This document shows positions 1 to 10,501 of a stretch of DNA of 64,000 bases, piece after piece. Position numbers and translations under genes: made by a program. Location: positions 59,954,001 through 60,018,000 of the forward strand of contig OZ249436.1 of NCBI GenBank assembly GCA_965235115.1, given 5' to 3'. Source of the stretch: Laetmonice hystrix (taxonomy: Eukaryota). Within the stretch, counting starts at the first letter, position 1, and every line of letters begins with the position of its first letter. The notes under the pieces were generated by a model. That model searched no databases. It was not told where the DNA came from and worked only from the letters and a program-made list of their open reading frames with translations.

Positions 1-1
1 T

Positions 2-334
2 GCAGCAAACGCCTGTGGACGCCAGTGGCGACGGGTCCAACATCTTGCTCAATTATTCTGGAGCCGCTGGCGGAAGGAGTACCTGCCTACACTCCAACCG
101 CAAAAGCGCTGGCAGGCCCATCAGCGCAATCTGCAAGTGGGTGTCCTTGTGCTCCTCAAGGACACCACCCATCGCAATGACTGGCCCTACGCACGTGTCA
201 TTGAAACTTTACCCAGCAGTGACAAACAGGTCCGCAAGGTCCGCGTTCAGACAGCGCGGGATGGCGTCAAGCGGGTCTACGCTCGCCCTGTTACCGAACT
301 TGTGTTGCTGCTTCAAAACGAAGACCTGCATTAA
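2..334 (+). mobile_element. BEL/Pao LTR retrotransposon pol C-terminus (end of integrase, DUF5641-like domain), truncated by the window start
   Basis: The frame from position 2 is open to TAA at 332-334: AANACGRQWRRVQHLAQLFWSRWRKEYLPTLQPQKRWQAHQRNLQVGVLVLLKDTTHRNDWPYARVIETLPSSDKQVRKVRVQTARDGVKRVYARPVTELVLLL. This matches the BEL/Pao pattern WRRVQ.L...FW.RW.KEYL..LQ...W....NL..G..VL......WP.ARV......D..VR.V.V.......RP...L..L. Confidence 0.93.
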
Positions 335-500
335 TAACCTTATCATTCATAACTCGTCCACAATTTTAGTTCCTAACATTGGACTGTAGAGATTACAGTA
401 GTTTAGTTAACGAGTATTGTTATAGACAATATGTGGACAGAGACTTTCTACAGCCACAAGACTCACTAGTAGTGATTTTATCCTAAAACCAGGCGAGGAG

Positions 501-882
501 TGTTCTGGAACCAACTGAGAGACTTGGTTTAGTTTTAGTAAGTCTAAATATACCGCGACACCACAGTCTGATCTCGGGAGGAGATCTCGCGAGAGAACGG
601 GTGATCCGCACGACCGGCGAAAGCTGATGGTTTTTTATCTCGATGCGAGGAGTTGCAATGTAAAAGAAACGAAAATACAAACGACGGTATGTTCAAACTT
701 TGAAAGAACTTCTTGTGGTAACTGCCTGGGATGTCCCCGATTCCCGATTGGGGGTTCCAGTACAACTAGGATGGCATGTAAAGGTCACCAGATCGTAAGG
801 GATGGTGTATTGCTTGGCTACGGTAACCAGTCATGCTATTCATCTTAGCAACTAATGCTTAGGGAGTACGATCTGGTGAACA
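501..882 (+). mobile_element. Probable 3' LTR of the BEL/Pao element
   Basis: A purine-rich tract (aggcgaggag, 491-500) downstream of the pol stop is followed immediately by TGTTC at 501. A matching GAACA ends at 882, giving TG...CA with a 5-bp terminal inverted repeat. The right end is the less certain boundary because there is no second LTR in the window to compare. Confidence 0.6.
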
Positions 883-3004
883 TCTGTGTTTTATTTCAAA
901 CGCTTCGGTGGTGCTCTGGTAATGCATGAATTCATTTTGGTATGCCTCGGTTAATAACTCCATTAGTCAGGATTATTAATGAAAATGAGAAACCATACAA
1001 AGTGTTCGGCCAGAAAAAATATTTAGTTTAGAACTGGTCCTTTCAAATAATGTTGGGGGGGGGGGTCCACACATTGTTCTTTTTTTCTTTGAGTGCGATT
1101 GCTATTGGGTACATGAAAATAAAACTAATTAATGCAGTAATGTTCAATGTTTTTATTGAAGAATGTGAAAAACTAGCAAATGAAAAGCAATAAAACTTGC
1201 AACGTTGCAATGTTCTGCCACAGCGCTACACCACCCACAGCAAATTTATATGAAAGCAAACAGTCAGATTTTTCTGGGAAAAAGACTTGACGCAGGGGAT
1301 TTTAGGGGATGTGCCCAGGGGACATGAAACGAAACTTTTTTTGTCTTCATGTTCCATGAATGATTTATGGCATTCTAATACAAACAAAGCTCCATGAGTG
1401 TACAGAAAATAGCCCACTCCTTTGATCGTTTGTATTGTTTGTAGTATGTAATCCTTCTGTTATAATTGAGATCAATTGATAATGCATTCAGAGAACCTCA
1501 TCATCTTCCCAGTAAGTTACTTTTATCCATTATCGTTGCATCCCGATCAACAAAGTTTACAAAATTAAGATCAATCAAATAAGCAAATATGGAGGGGGGA
1601 GTGCTGCCTGAGCCCTCAACACTGTTGTGTAGCAAGAAATTGGTCTTGATACCTTCAGGCTCAGTAAAGGTAATCTCATCATTGACTTTGTGCAGTGATA
1701 ATGTATTGAATCTGATACATTTAGCAGTGCACTTTTGCACTTTATAATACTTATTGATATTACATCAGTTTGTGAGTTGTTCCTAGTATTAATAAGTAAA
1801 GCTCCTGAAACTTCGGTTCTTGAGGGACAACTGTCTCTCTTGGCAGATGTCTGTCTTCCCAGGCATTTATCTGTCCATTGTCTTTGTAGATGCCTTTTTG
1901 TAACCATTTATTCTGTGGCCCTCTTATGGTCATTTTAAGAAATATGGACAGAAACGTGCTGTGGAAATAGCATAAGGTTATTACATTGGGCTCATACGTC
2001 ACAGAATCTTTTATAAAGCCAGTCCACACAGTCAAGACGTCCCCCACGGCCCAGACCACCATGGTCGTTTCCAGTACGCTGAACTGACGACATGAGTTAC
2101 AGCCCTCGTGGGGCCATTGAGCCACACCAAGACAACGGAACCCAGACATAAATCACCCTTGGTTGAGAGGACCTAAAGTGGTGTCCTTACTTTGATGATT
2201 GGCCCAACACCGTGTGCAGTCCCTGCTGAAGCCAATCGTGAGGTCTCAGCCGCATAGACACAACTTCGCCAGCGCAGGATAAATCACGCCTGTTGTGTCT
2301 CGGACTGGCTATGTGGGTGCCGGCTGGCTTTAATTTGGCCGAATATTGAAAATGACCGGTTTGTCGTTCAGCCACCGGTCACATCTACAGGGAGCATAGG
2401 GCTTAGAACTGATGGGAAGTCGGGCTTATTTCTTAAGGAAGGATTTCATGTGTACAGTATAATGCAGATCTAGGGCCTCAAAGAATGATTCTGTTAGAAC
2501 AAAACTACAGTGTATTCAATACAGTTAGAATACTGTCTGCTAATCGTGCAACGGTGTAAGGTGTAAGGGGTCTGTAACTTTTTGGTGACCATTATTTTTT
2601 CATTGTTTCTCAAAGTCGCATTAAAAGTAAATAACAAAATTATGACTTTTCTTTTTTGGGGGGCCGTGGGCGAGGGAATGGGAATGGGGGGGGGGGGGAG
2701 TTACAGACACCCAAGTTAACCCCACTCCTGGCTACGGCCCTGCAGAGCGTCATCAGTCACCACAATAGAGGGCAATGGAACAGGGACTTTAAAGGCACAT
2801 GCCGTCATGAATAGTGGACATGGGATTGTTGATGACAGACGAGATAGGACGTCGGATGTTGGCGGGCTATGATCGTCTGCTATCAGTCTAGATACCAGTA
2901 AACTCGCCAGGCTGCACAGTGACCTCGCTATCAGCTGTCTCGGCAAGAAACTTTTTTTTAACTCGCTCTGATTCCCTCGCAAAGAATCAATGTTCATGAA
3001 CCAA

Positions 3005-3107
3005 GGACATCTGAAAGGTTTCCCCCCCGTCTCTTTGTGGATATCTGAAAGATTTCCCCCGTCTCTTTGTGGACATCTGAGGAGAAAGGTCTTTTTCCCG
3101 TCTCTTT
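3005..3107. repeat. Short degenerate tandem repeat, about 33 bp x3
   Basis: GGA(C/T)ATCTGA...TTTCCCCC..GTCTCTTTGT units start at 3005, 3039 and 3071. Confidence 0.85.
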
Positions 3108-3585
3108 ATAAAATATGTTGTCAAATGTAGCACAGGCGAGGTACGGTAGTCTCCATATGAACGCCTTGCAGCACTTAAATATTTTAAATTATAAAATTTC
3201 GGCCAGCTTCTTTGTAAGCTTCGATAACCATGCTGATGAGGAAATTGGAATTGTATTTAGATGAATGGCCGTAAAAAAAAAAAATAATTGAAATTTCTAG
3301 AGAAATGACCCCAGAATATTTTAAGTAATTAATATTCATAGCCCAAAATGACAAGCTCAAATAAACGATATTCTTAATTTTCAGTTGATGATATCAGATG
3401 AAAGTACTTCATGCAGCCCTATGCATGTAGTGCTACCGGCCGTCGATTTAGGAAAGCATATCCACAGTGTCATTATGATACTATGTCATGTCTTTTTACA
3501 GAATCATTCTTTGAATGATATCATACCAGCAGAAGATTGCTGCATCATGTAGAGTTCACTTTGGCGTGAAGACGATCCTTGAAGA

Positions 3586-3800
3586 ATATTAGTATCGACA
3601 TCCCAAGATGGGACGTAATTGAAGCCGCTGATAATGAAGGCAATTATTTCACTGATCTGCCAATGGCGTGACCTTATGCTAATGAAGATGCGGCCTTACG
3701 CGCTTGTCTAATATGGGAGCATTTGTAAAGCCATGGAAGTTGGCCTCCTGGCGTGGGATGCTTACACTAAGCCGAAGAGCGTGAACCATAGATTCCAGTA
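3586..3800 (+). mobile_element. Decayed pogo/Tigger-type DDE transposase fragment
   Basis: One frame reads ILVSTSQDGT*LKPLIM...GLLAWDAYTK with internal stops, resembling pogo DDE_1 motifs ADGTKLKP and LLxWDxY. SANG and NED pieces in adjacent frames resemble the intervening NGWMNE motif. Confidence 0.45.
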
Positions 3801-4196
3801 ATACCAATCATTGGGTCGCAGAGCATTTGAAGCAAAATTTTAAAATATTCAATTTATATGATGGTACGTAGATAATATAGTGAAAGAGTACTTGGAACTC
3901 CTATTTATTGACTGGATATGGGCGAATGTATGAGACTCGCATGGAAAGTGGTTTTTGTCAAATGTTCAAAATGGAACTTGTCTTTACGGGACATACTGTG
4001 AAATGTCAAAGGCAGTTAATTACAATTATTTTTATTGTCAGGTATCATGATGAAATAAAAGAAAACAAGATCAGGGAACACTTGTTATCACTCAGTTTCC
4101 ATAGAAAAAGGAACTCTATGCCATTTACATAAATGTAATGCTTTGTAGTAAATTCTGAAGCGAGAAACTTGATAGTGGTGTATTGTCTCTTTACAG

Positions 4197-4245
4197 GAAA
4201 TACCTTCGCACCCGCTATAATGTGGAGCGTGACTTTTCCATTGAG
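4197..4245 (+). CDS. AP1AR: AP1AR-like coding exon, 49 nt, phase 2 to 0: xKYLRTRYNVERDFSIE
   Basis: tattgtctctttacag|GAAATAC...TCCATTGAG|gtaagt. It resembles vertebrate SKYFRT...LTIE (recalled) and joins in frame to the FENL exon. Confidence 0.87.
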
Positions 4246-6016
4246 GTAAGTCTAAATTCACATTATCTAATTCCATGGCGTTAATTTTCTCCAGAGAGTA
4301 GGAGTACTATGATATAGGAACTATTACACAAAGGTACTTTTATCAATTGTCTGTTACCCTGAGTTAGAGATGAAATATGTACTTTTGGACTGGGATGTCT
4401 ATGAAAACTCGATAAAGGAAATTGACATAGCAGGCCTGCCCAATATTAACTGCTCTTTATAGGACAGAGAAAGGGTCGCGTGCTTGGCCGAGATCGACCC
4501 AACTCTCACTGTTTCCTATCTGCCTGATGTATCAACAGACTTGAATAGGATTCAGTGTGGACGTAGCTATATTGTGTACGTTTGAAATGGTAGTCCATCA
4601 GCTTACAGTGGTAACCGCCTAAGCAGCTTCTTTCATCAAGTAGATGTCAATGCATAGGGACCCGCGGGACGTCCCCAGCCTGCCGTTGTGTGGCCTGGGC
4701 AGGTATAGATTAGAGACCTCGGGTCCCCGCCGGAGAGGGGACAGCTGTTCGTGACAAACTGAGTTTCTGACTCTGAGCGGGGAGCATCTCGTCTAATCAC
4801 ATTATTTTACATTATCACCATCATGGGGGGGGGGGGGGTCCCCCCCCCCCCAACGTTTGGCATATCATCAAGGTGGCGGTTAAGAGTAGACCTTGTATAT
4901 TATACATAAAAGATGTTTTGATGCGATCCGACGTTGATTGATGTTAGTAAGTGGTATGCGGACTCTGTGCATTTACTAGGCCGGCCGCAGTAGGTGTGTA
5001 GTGAATGAGCAGGTGTATAGTGTAGGAGCAGCAGGCTCACAGCAGGCTGGCAGCTCGTTCTGGGTTAGGGCACTAATGGATACGGCCAATTGCCGTGATG
5101 ACTTTGACTTTGCTGTTATGACCGTGGGTTAAGTGTTGTCCATCATGCAACCAACAATGGGGGCTGGCAGAAATATCAGCCAAACAGAAAGCAGCCTCAG
5201 TCAGGATATTGCAAGTTTTATTTTCTGGGTAAAAGGGGTCAGCCAGAATGCCATCATCAGTTGGAAAAGGCACTTCTGGGGAGTGGTCTTTTCAGTTTAC
5301 AGAGGTCCTCATATGTCACATTTAAGGACATTTGTGATCTGGGCTGGCAATTTTACGTTATTTAATGATTTTTCAAGAGTTGCAAGCATTTATAATCGTG
5401 TCAGTAAGAAGTAGGTCCAGTATGGGAGTGAATATAAGCACGGAAGCAGCTTGGTTTTATTTATTTTACCGTTAGGTTCTAAAGCACATTGAAAATTGCG
5501 ATACATGTATTGTGTCAATTTGTGAGCGAACCACATTTGCAGGCTCAGTCGTGGAGAAATGCCCCAGTGACCCTCATGTCAGAACCAATAGGCTTTTAGT
5601 TTAACGCCATCTAATCCACCGTCAAACTACTGCTTAAATAGCAAACTTATCGTGTAATAAATGGAAATTTTTATCAGTATGAATATTTTCAATAAAATAA
5701 AATAAAAACGGGGCTCCAAAGATCATGAATTTGTGTCTTACGAATGTCACTTCTATTGATATATGGTTATTTTGAATTTAAAATGCAGGTAGTATTATAA
5801 TTACCCACTATTGAGTAATCAATGTTAACCTTCTCAATAAATCCATAATGCCAGTCACGCTTGCTGAACTGTTTCGTGGTGATGAACAAATCCTGATAAA
5901 GCTGCCTCATGTGCATCCATATTCACGAAAGTTCCCCCTAAATCTATTTAGATTTGATGATGTCTGTCGTGTTAAACTTGCATTCAATTCATATTCCTTC
6001 TCGTTTTCTTTTCCAG

Positions 6017-6037
6017 TTCGAGAATTTAATGGATGAT
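6017..6037 (+). CDS. AP1AR: AP1AR-like micro-exon, 21 nt, phase 0 to 0: FENLMDD
   Basis: Long pyrimidine tract ttccttctcgttttcttttccag|TTCGAGAATTTAATGGATGAT|gtaagt. It encodes the FENL motif recalled from vertebrate AP1AR (FENLVESDE). Confidence 0.9.
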
Positions 6038-8129
6038 GTAAGTACTTTTTTCTGTATCTTTCAAATTCGTAATCAGAAAGTATTTAGCAGTTACATTGTA
6101 CATCCAGAGGTATACATACTTCATTTACCAGTTTGTCACCACCCAATGTCATGGTCATCGCGGTGATAGATGTTACCAAACCTTATTGGGTATGGTCGCT
6201 TATATGGGACATAGTTTATGGCAGCGTTCATTCATATTTTTGTCCTACAGCCCAATAATATGGACGGCATTCCCCGGTGTACGTCCTCAGGTCCACATTG
6301 CAATTACAAGTGCCTCTGATGGGTTGATTGAATGATTGAAAAAGTGGCCCTGGAATCCACGTGCAGCAGAATTATAATTGATTGATTTACGAGATGTGTT
6401 TTCAAAACCACTGCTTGATTTATCACTAGCGACTACCACTTTTGTGGCCTTGCTCAAACCACCCATGCTAGTTGTAGGGGATCCAAGCCTGAAAAATATC
6501 CACATCCAACCGTTTGGATGAGGACGTGCTTATCGATGGGGGTTATTCATCTCGATTCATGTTAGGTGGCTTTATATCTATTCGTATGCTTGTGGATTTA
6601 GATGATGGCTTTTAGATTTTCACAACAATCTTTATTATTATTCTTTATCTGTAACATCATTGTCATTAATTTAATGCGTTTCTTGGGAATTGCCAACTAA
6701 AGTGTTTTTGTCAATTTCCTGAGACTAATTTGTGGTCAAATACAGAAAGCTCAGACCTCTTTGGTCTCGTAGATAAATTATACATGAAATATACGTGAAA
6801 AAATCACTGTCTGGGTGGAGGAGTGGATCGATTACAGTGGGTTTCACCAAGGTCAGTTGATCAAGATATATAGGCGTATAGACGTTGGCTGTGATTAACA
6901 GACTTCATAACGACTTTGTCCTGCATCAATGGAAACAGTTGACAAAAATTGAGTGAAAACTGTGTAAGAAAAACTATTGCAGCTGTTTTCGTTAAACAGC
7001 ATGTGGACAGGAACATGTACGTGTATAGTGCCTTATACTAGTAAAGTATAGTGTAGTAAATCAGCAAAAAACAAAAGCAAATTATTAAATATTTTTCTCA
7101 ATAATATTCTTCTTCTTTCGTTGTAACTGCTGCTTAATGTCATCACTACCGCATTATTACTGAAACGCATGTTCCTTCAGGAAATTTAATTATTTTTTTT
7201 ATGAATGAATTCCTTAAAATATATCATGAGTGTATAAGAATGTAAAGAACTGACGCTAACCGAATTGTTTGACCAGGTGCAGATTTGATTGACCAGAAAA
7301 TGCAGTCGCCTATTTCTGTCGTATTCAACCATTGAAAGGCATCCATGTTACGTCTATTGCTCTCTATCAGTTGCTCCCACCTACTCCGGTTGAAAATCTC
7401 ATGGACTGGTAGCATAGAAACTAAAGTGAGACAGCGTTGAAGCAGTTCGTTAGAATGACGTTATACAGACTATCAGGCTGTAAAGTCTGGTGGAAGCCAA
7501 TTAGGACGAACCTCGTGAGGGTATACATCTTCAGCCGGTAGATTTAGTGAAGTCCTGTCGAAGAGAACCAGTCAGTTTACATGCATGATTCAAGAGTGGC
7601 TTTTCAAGCTTGTTCGTCACGTAGTAGGTGACACAAGAAGGGGCAGAACACCAACCAAGGATTTCCCTATCTGCTTATGTGCAACAAGCTAGTGCGCCTT
7701 TACTCTCATACTTTAGTTGGAAATCACATTGTGTTATAATTATGTCAATCGTGTCGACTTTTCTCTGCCTTGATATGTGAACACTAGGTAACCGTTCAGG
7801 GAGAAGTAATTGTAATACAGAAGAACATTTCATGATCTGCTGGCAACAATTCAAATGGCGATTATTTACAAGTTTGCGATTTTGAACATGAAGGGGCAGT
7901 AGCGGGATTGAATAGAAGCAAGCAAATACTTCGTTAATGTACATGCAGCAGGGTTTCATCCTTGCAAGCAAATCAAAGGAAAAATCCGAACCCCTCGTAT
8001 TCTAGTGGAGGTCGGGCTTTAAAATGTTTGCATTTTGTGTAGATTTACTCGAGTCTTTTCCTACAAATTTCTGAATTGCAAAGTACTTGTCAAACGCTCA
8101 AAACCTCCACTGTACTGCTGTGAAGATCT

Positions 8130-8544
8130 GGGTGGATTTGTCAGTCCCGGATCGGGTCAGGCATTCAGTCCTCCAGGGTGGATTGGTCAGTCCCGGATCG
8201 GGTCAGGCATTCAGTCCTCCAGGGTGGATTGGTCAGTCCCGGATCGGGTCAGGCATTCAGCCTTCCATGGTGGATTGGTCAGTCCCGGATCGGGTCAGGC
8301 ATTCAGCCCTCCAGGGTGGATTGGTCAGTCCCGGATCGGGTCAGGCATTCAGTCCTCCAGGGTGGATTGGTCAGTCTCGGATCAGGTCAGGTATTCAGCC
8401 CTCCAGGGTGGATTGGTCAGTCCCGGATCGGGTCAGGCATTCAGTCCTCTAGGGTGGATTGGTCAGTCCCGGATCGGGTCAGGCATTCAGTCCTCCAGGG
8501 TGGATTGGTCAGTCCCGGATCGGGTCAGGCATTCAGCCCTCCAG
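8130..8544. repeat. 46-bp minisatellite, 9 copies
   Basis: Unit GGGTGGATTGGTCAGTCCCGGATCGGGTCAGGCATTCAGTCCTCCA with a few substitutions per copy and no spacers. It explains the three overlapping ORFs at 8035-8625. Confidence 0.97.
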
Positions 8545-9433
8545 ATGCCAAACTACAGGGTTGGTAACCACTCGTTCCGGTCAGTTATCTGCATATTTTG
8601 TTGTGTAGCCAGAAACCTTCTTTAGTTTATGGCAATACTTTCAAGGATTACATATTTACTTTTTACTCGAGTTAATCAGCATTGGAATCGGGAGGAATGA
8701 GAGGACTTCTTGCTCCAAATGATAATTTGGCAACTGATATGTCTTGAAATAAGATGTTTGGCTAGGTAGCCACCAGTTTCATTTGCAAACGGCCCTATCG
8801 CTCATGAATGTCTTTATCTTGCTGTCTTCTTAAAGTAGTAAGACTGGCAGCAATCCAACATTATTAAGGAGACAATTAGTTAGTTGTCCGTCCGTCTGCA
8901 TGGACGTCCTATATGCCAGTTGTTGCCAATTTTGTTTTATAACAAAAACAATTTTACCCGGTAAAACGGTGTTGGCCTAGGTTGGTGCATGGATAATTAC
9001 AATGTACTTATATTTTATACTATTGGTTCAGTTGTGAGAAAAGCCTGAGGTAGATCTTTCTCTTATAAACGTGTTGCAATCATAGCTCTCGGACAACGGT
9101 ACCGGTATTGTAATTCGTACAACAAAAACACAGTATCACTAGAGGGGAGTACCGAACCAGACTTACCGACTGACTCATATCGGAATCATTATATCTGACA
9201 GCAGAGCTGGCCACCGACATGTTGTCCATTAGCTCAGCCAGCGGCCGATCCATCACGGCAGGCGTTGCTGGGCACACTGGCTTTTTGTGGAGCGGAGAAA
9301 ACTTGTCGTTAACATTGTAATTATACTTCCATGACAGAAACATCTTTTCCTCATCAAAATCCTTGTTGATGGAGGTTGTGCACTGACGTGGCCAACGGGT
9401 AGGGGCGACTGTATTTGGCTTCAAAGTGGGGCA

Positions 9434-9585
9434 TGTCAGGGCCGTAGCCGGGGGGGGGGGGGGTCTGTACCCCCCCCCCCCCCCCAATCCCAGGCGCCAA
9501 ATAAAAGGAATCATTGGTCCTGAAATTCAGAAAATGCAGGAAAATGCACTTGAATTTAACATTTTTTTCCGGGGGGGGGGGAGCA
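9434..9585. mobile_element. Probable non-autonomous DNA transposon (MITE) fragment with poly-G/poly-C terminus
   Basis: Starts CAGGGCCGTAGCC followed by a G run, TCTGTA and a C run, then an internal tttttttccgggggg segment like those at about 37860-37900 and 54405-54440. The right end is not defined. Confidence 0.4.
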
Positions 9586-10162
9586 AGGTGAGTTACATCA
9601 CAACACGTTTTAAGTAACCCCAGAAATATAATTGGCCTCATTTCTTACCATGCAGTTACCATACCTCTAGAGATGGATAAATGAACAAATTGTATGAACT
9701 AAATTACTGAGGGAAAAATTTGCCAACATTTGCCGATAGGACGTAAAGTACCGGTACGTATAGTAAACCTCCACCGCCACCAGGAGCTCTACATTCTCGG
9801 CTGTCAGTTGCCGTCACAGGTGGGAGACTGTAAATGTAATGATCACCGACCCCTCGTTGTTAGCCCCCCTCCCACACAACACCCACACACACTCCCCACT
9901 CCCATGTGTTGGGTCCCTGACCAGGGATGGACGGCCGTAAGCTGCTCTGTCCTTGTGCCAGTTATCAGATCCATGTATTGACTATTGATCAGCTGTACGG
10001 ACCCAAACAGAGCTGACATGCATGCTTAGGACCTGTTCAGATCCAGCTGTTGACCTTTCCACCTGCAGGCGTCAGTAAAATGAGAACCTTATCCCCGGGC
10101 CTTTCAGGAACTTGAAACCTTCAACTTTCATTTCATGAGCAGGTAGTTAATGTAATATGTTA

Positions 10163-10501
10163 ACAAATCGTTCCCCGGGCAAGGCAATCCCGCGTAGCGC
10201 AACACACATGTTCGCTCCTTGCCTGGCGGAACTACAGTGATTGATATTGGGTGTAGGGTCAATGACCTTTGACCCTCAGGGTCAATGACCTTTGACCCAC
10301 CAGAGGGCGCTGGAGTAGTGGCGGTCCACTGACCGCTAGGTGTTGACCACTGATCATTATCAGTGGCAAGATATACAATTAGTAATCTATTAAATTTTTA
10401 ATTCCGCCAGAGTGAACTCCGTATACAAATTATCTCATTTAGTTATGGTGGTAAGTAATTTATCTACTAACCAACAGTAGGATTACTACTAATCCTTTAC
10501 G
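10163..10501. mobile_element. 339-bp insertion at the A/B junction, flanked by a duplicated GTTA
   Basis: The uninterrupted copy reads aatatGTTAtatttag (about 10608-10623). The interrupted copy has GTTA at 10159-10162 and 10502-10505 around a unique 339-bp segment with a 5' hairpin (gttccccgggcaagg...ccttgcctggcggaac) and no obvious terminal inverted repeats (TIRs). Confidence 0.6.
10256..10313 (+). promoter_or_regulatory. Two composite nuclear-receptor elements (IR1+DR1) followed by a CTCF-like motif
   Basis: GGGTCAATGACCTTTGACCC occurs at 10256-10275 and 10279-10298, followed by CCCACCAGAGGGCGCTGG at 10296-10313. This is a sequence match only; there is no functional evidence. Confidence 0.35.

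Noticed and set aside
1990-2400. PWLRGPK..DDWP resembling the BEL/Pao W..GP.FL motif
   Set aside because: It needs several frameshifts and the flanking NPAD and RFS motifs are not recoverable; too weak to call.
3918-4001. ATG frame MGECMRLAWK as possible AP1AR exon 1
   Set aside because: It lacks a good phase-2 donor and does not match the expected MGNC-type start; exon 1 is probably upstream of the window.
8035-8625. ORFs of 121-196 aa
   Set aside because: They are translations of the 46-bp tandem repeat in three frames.
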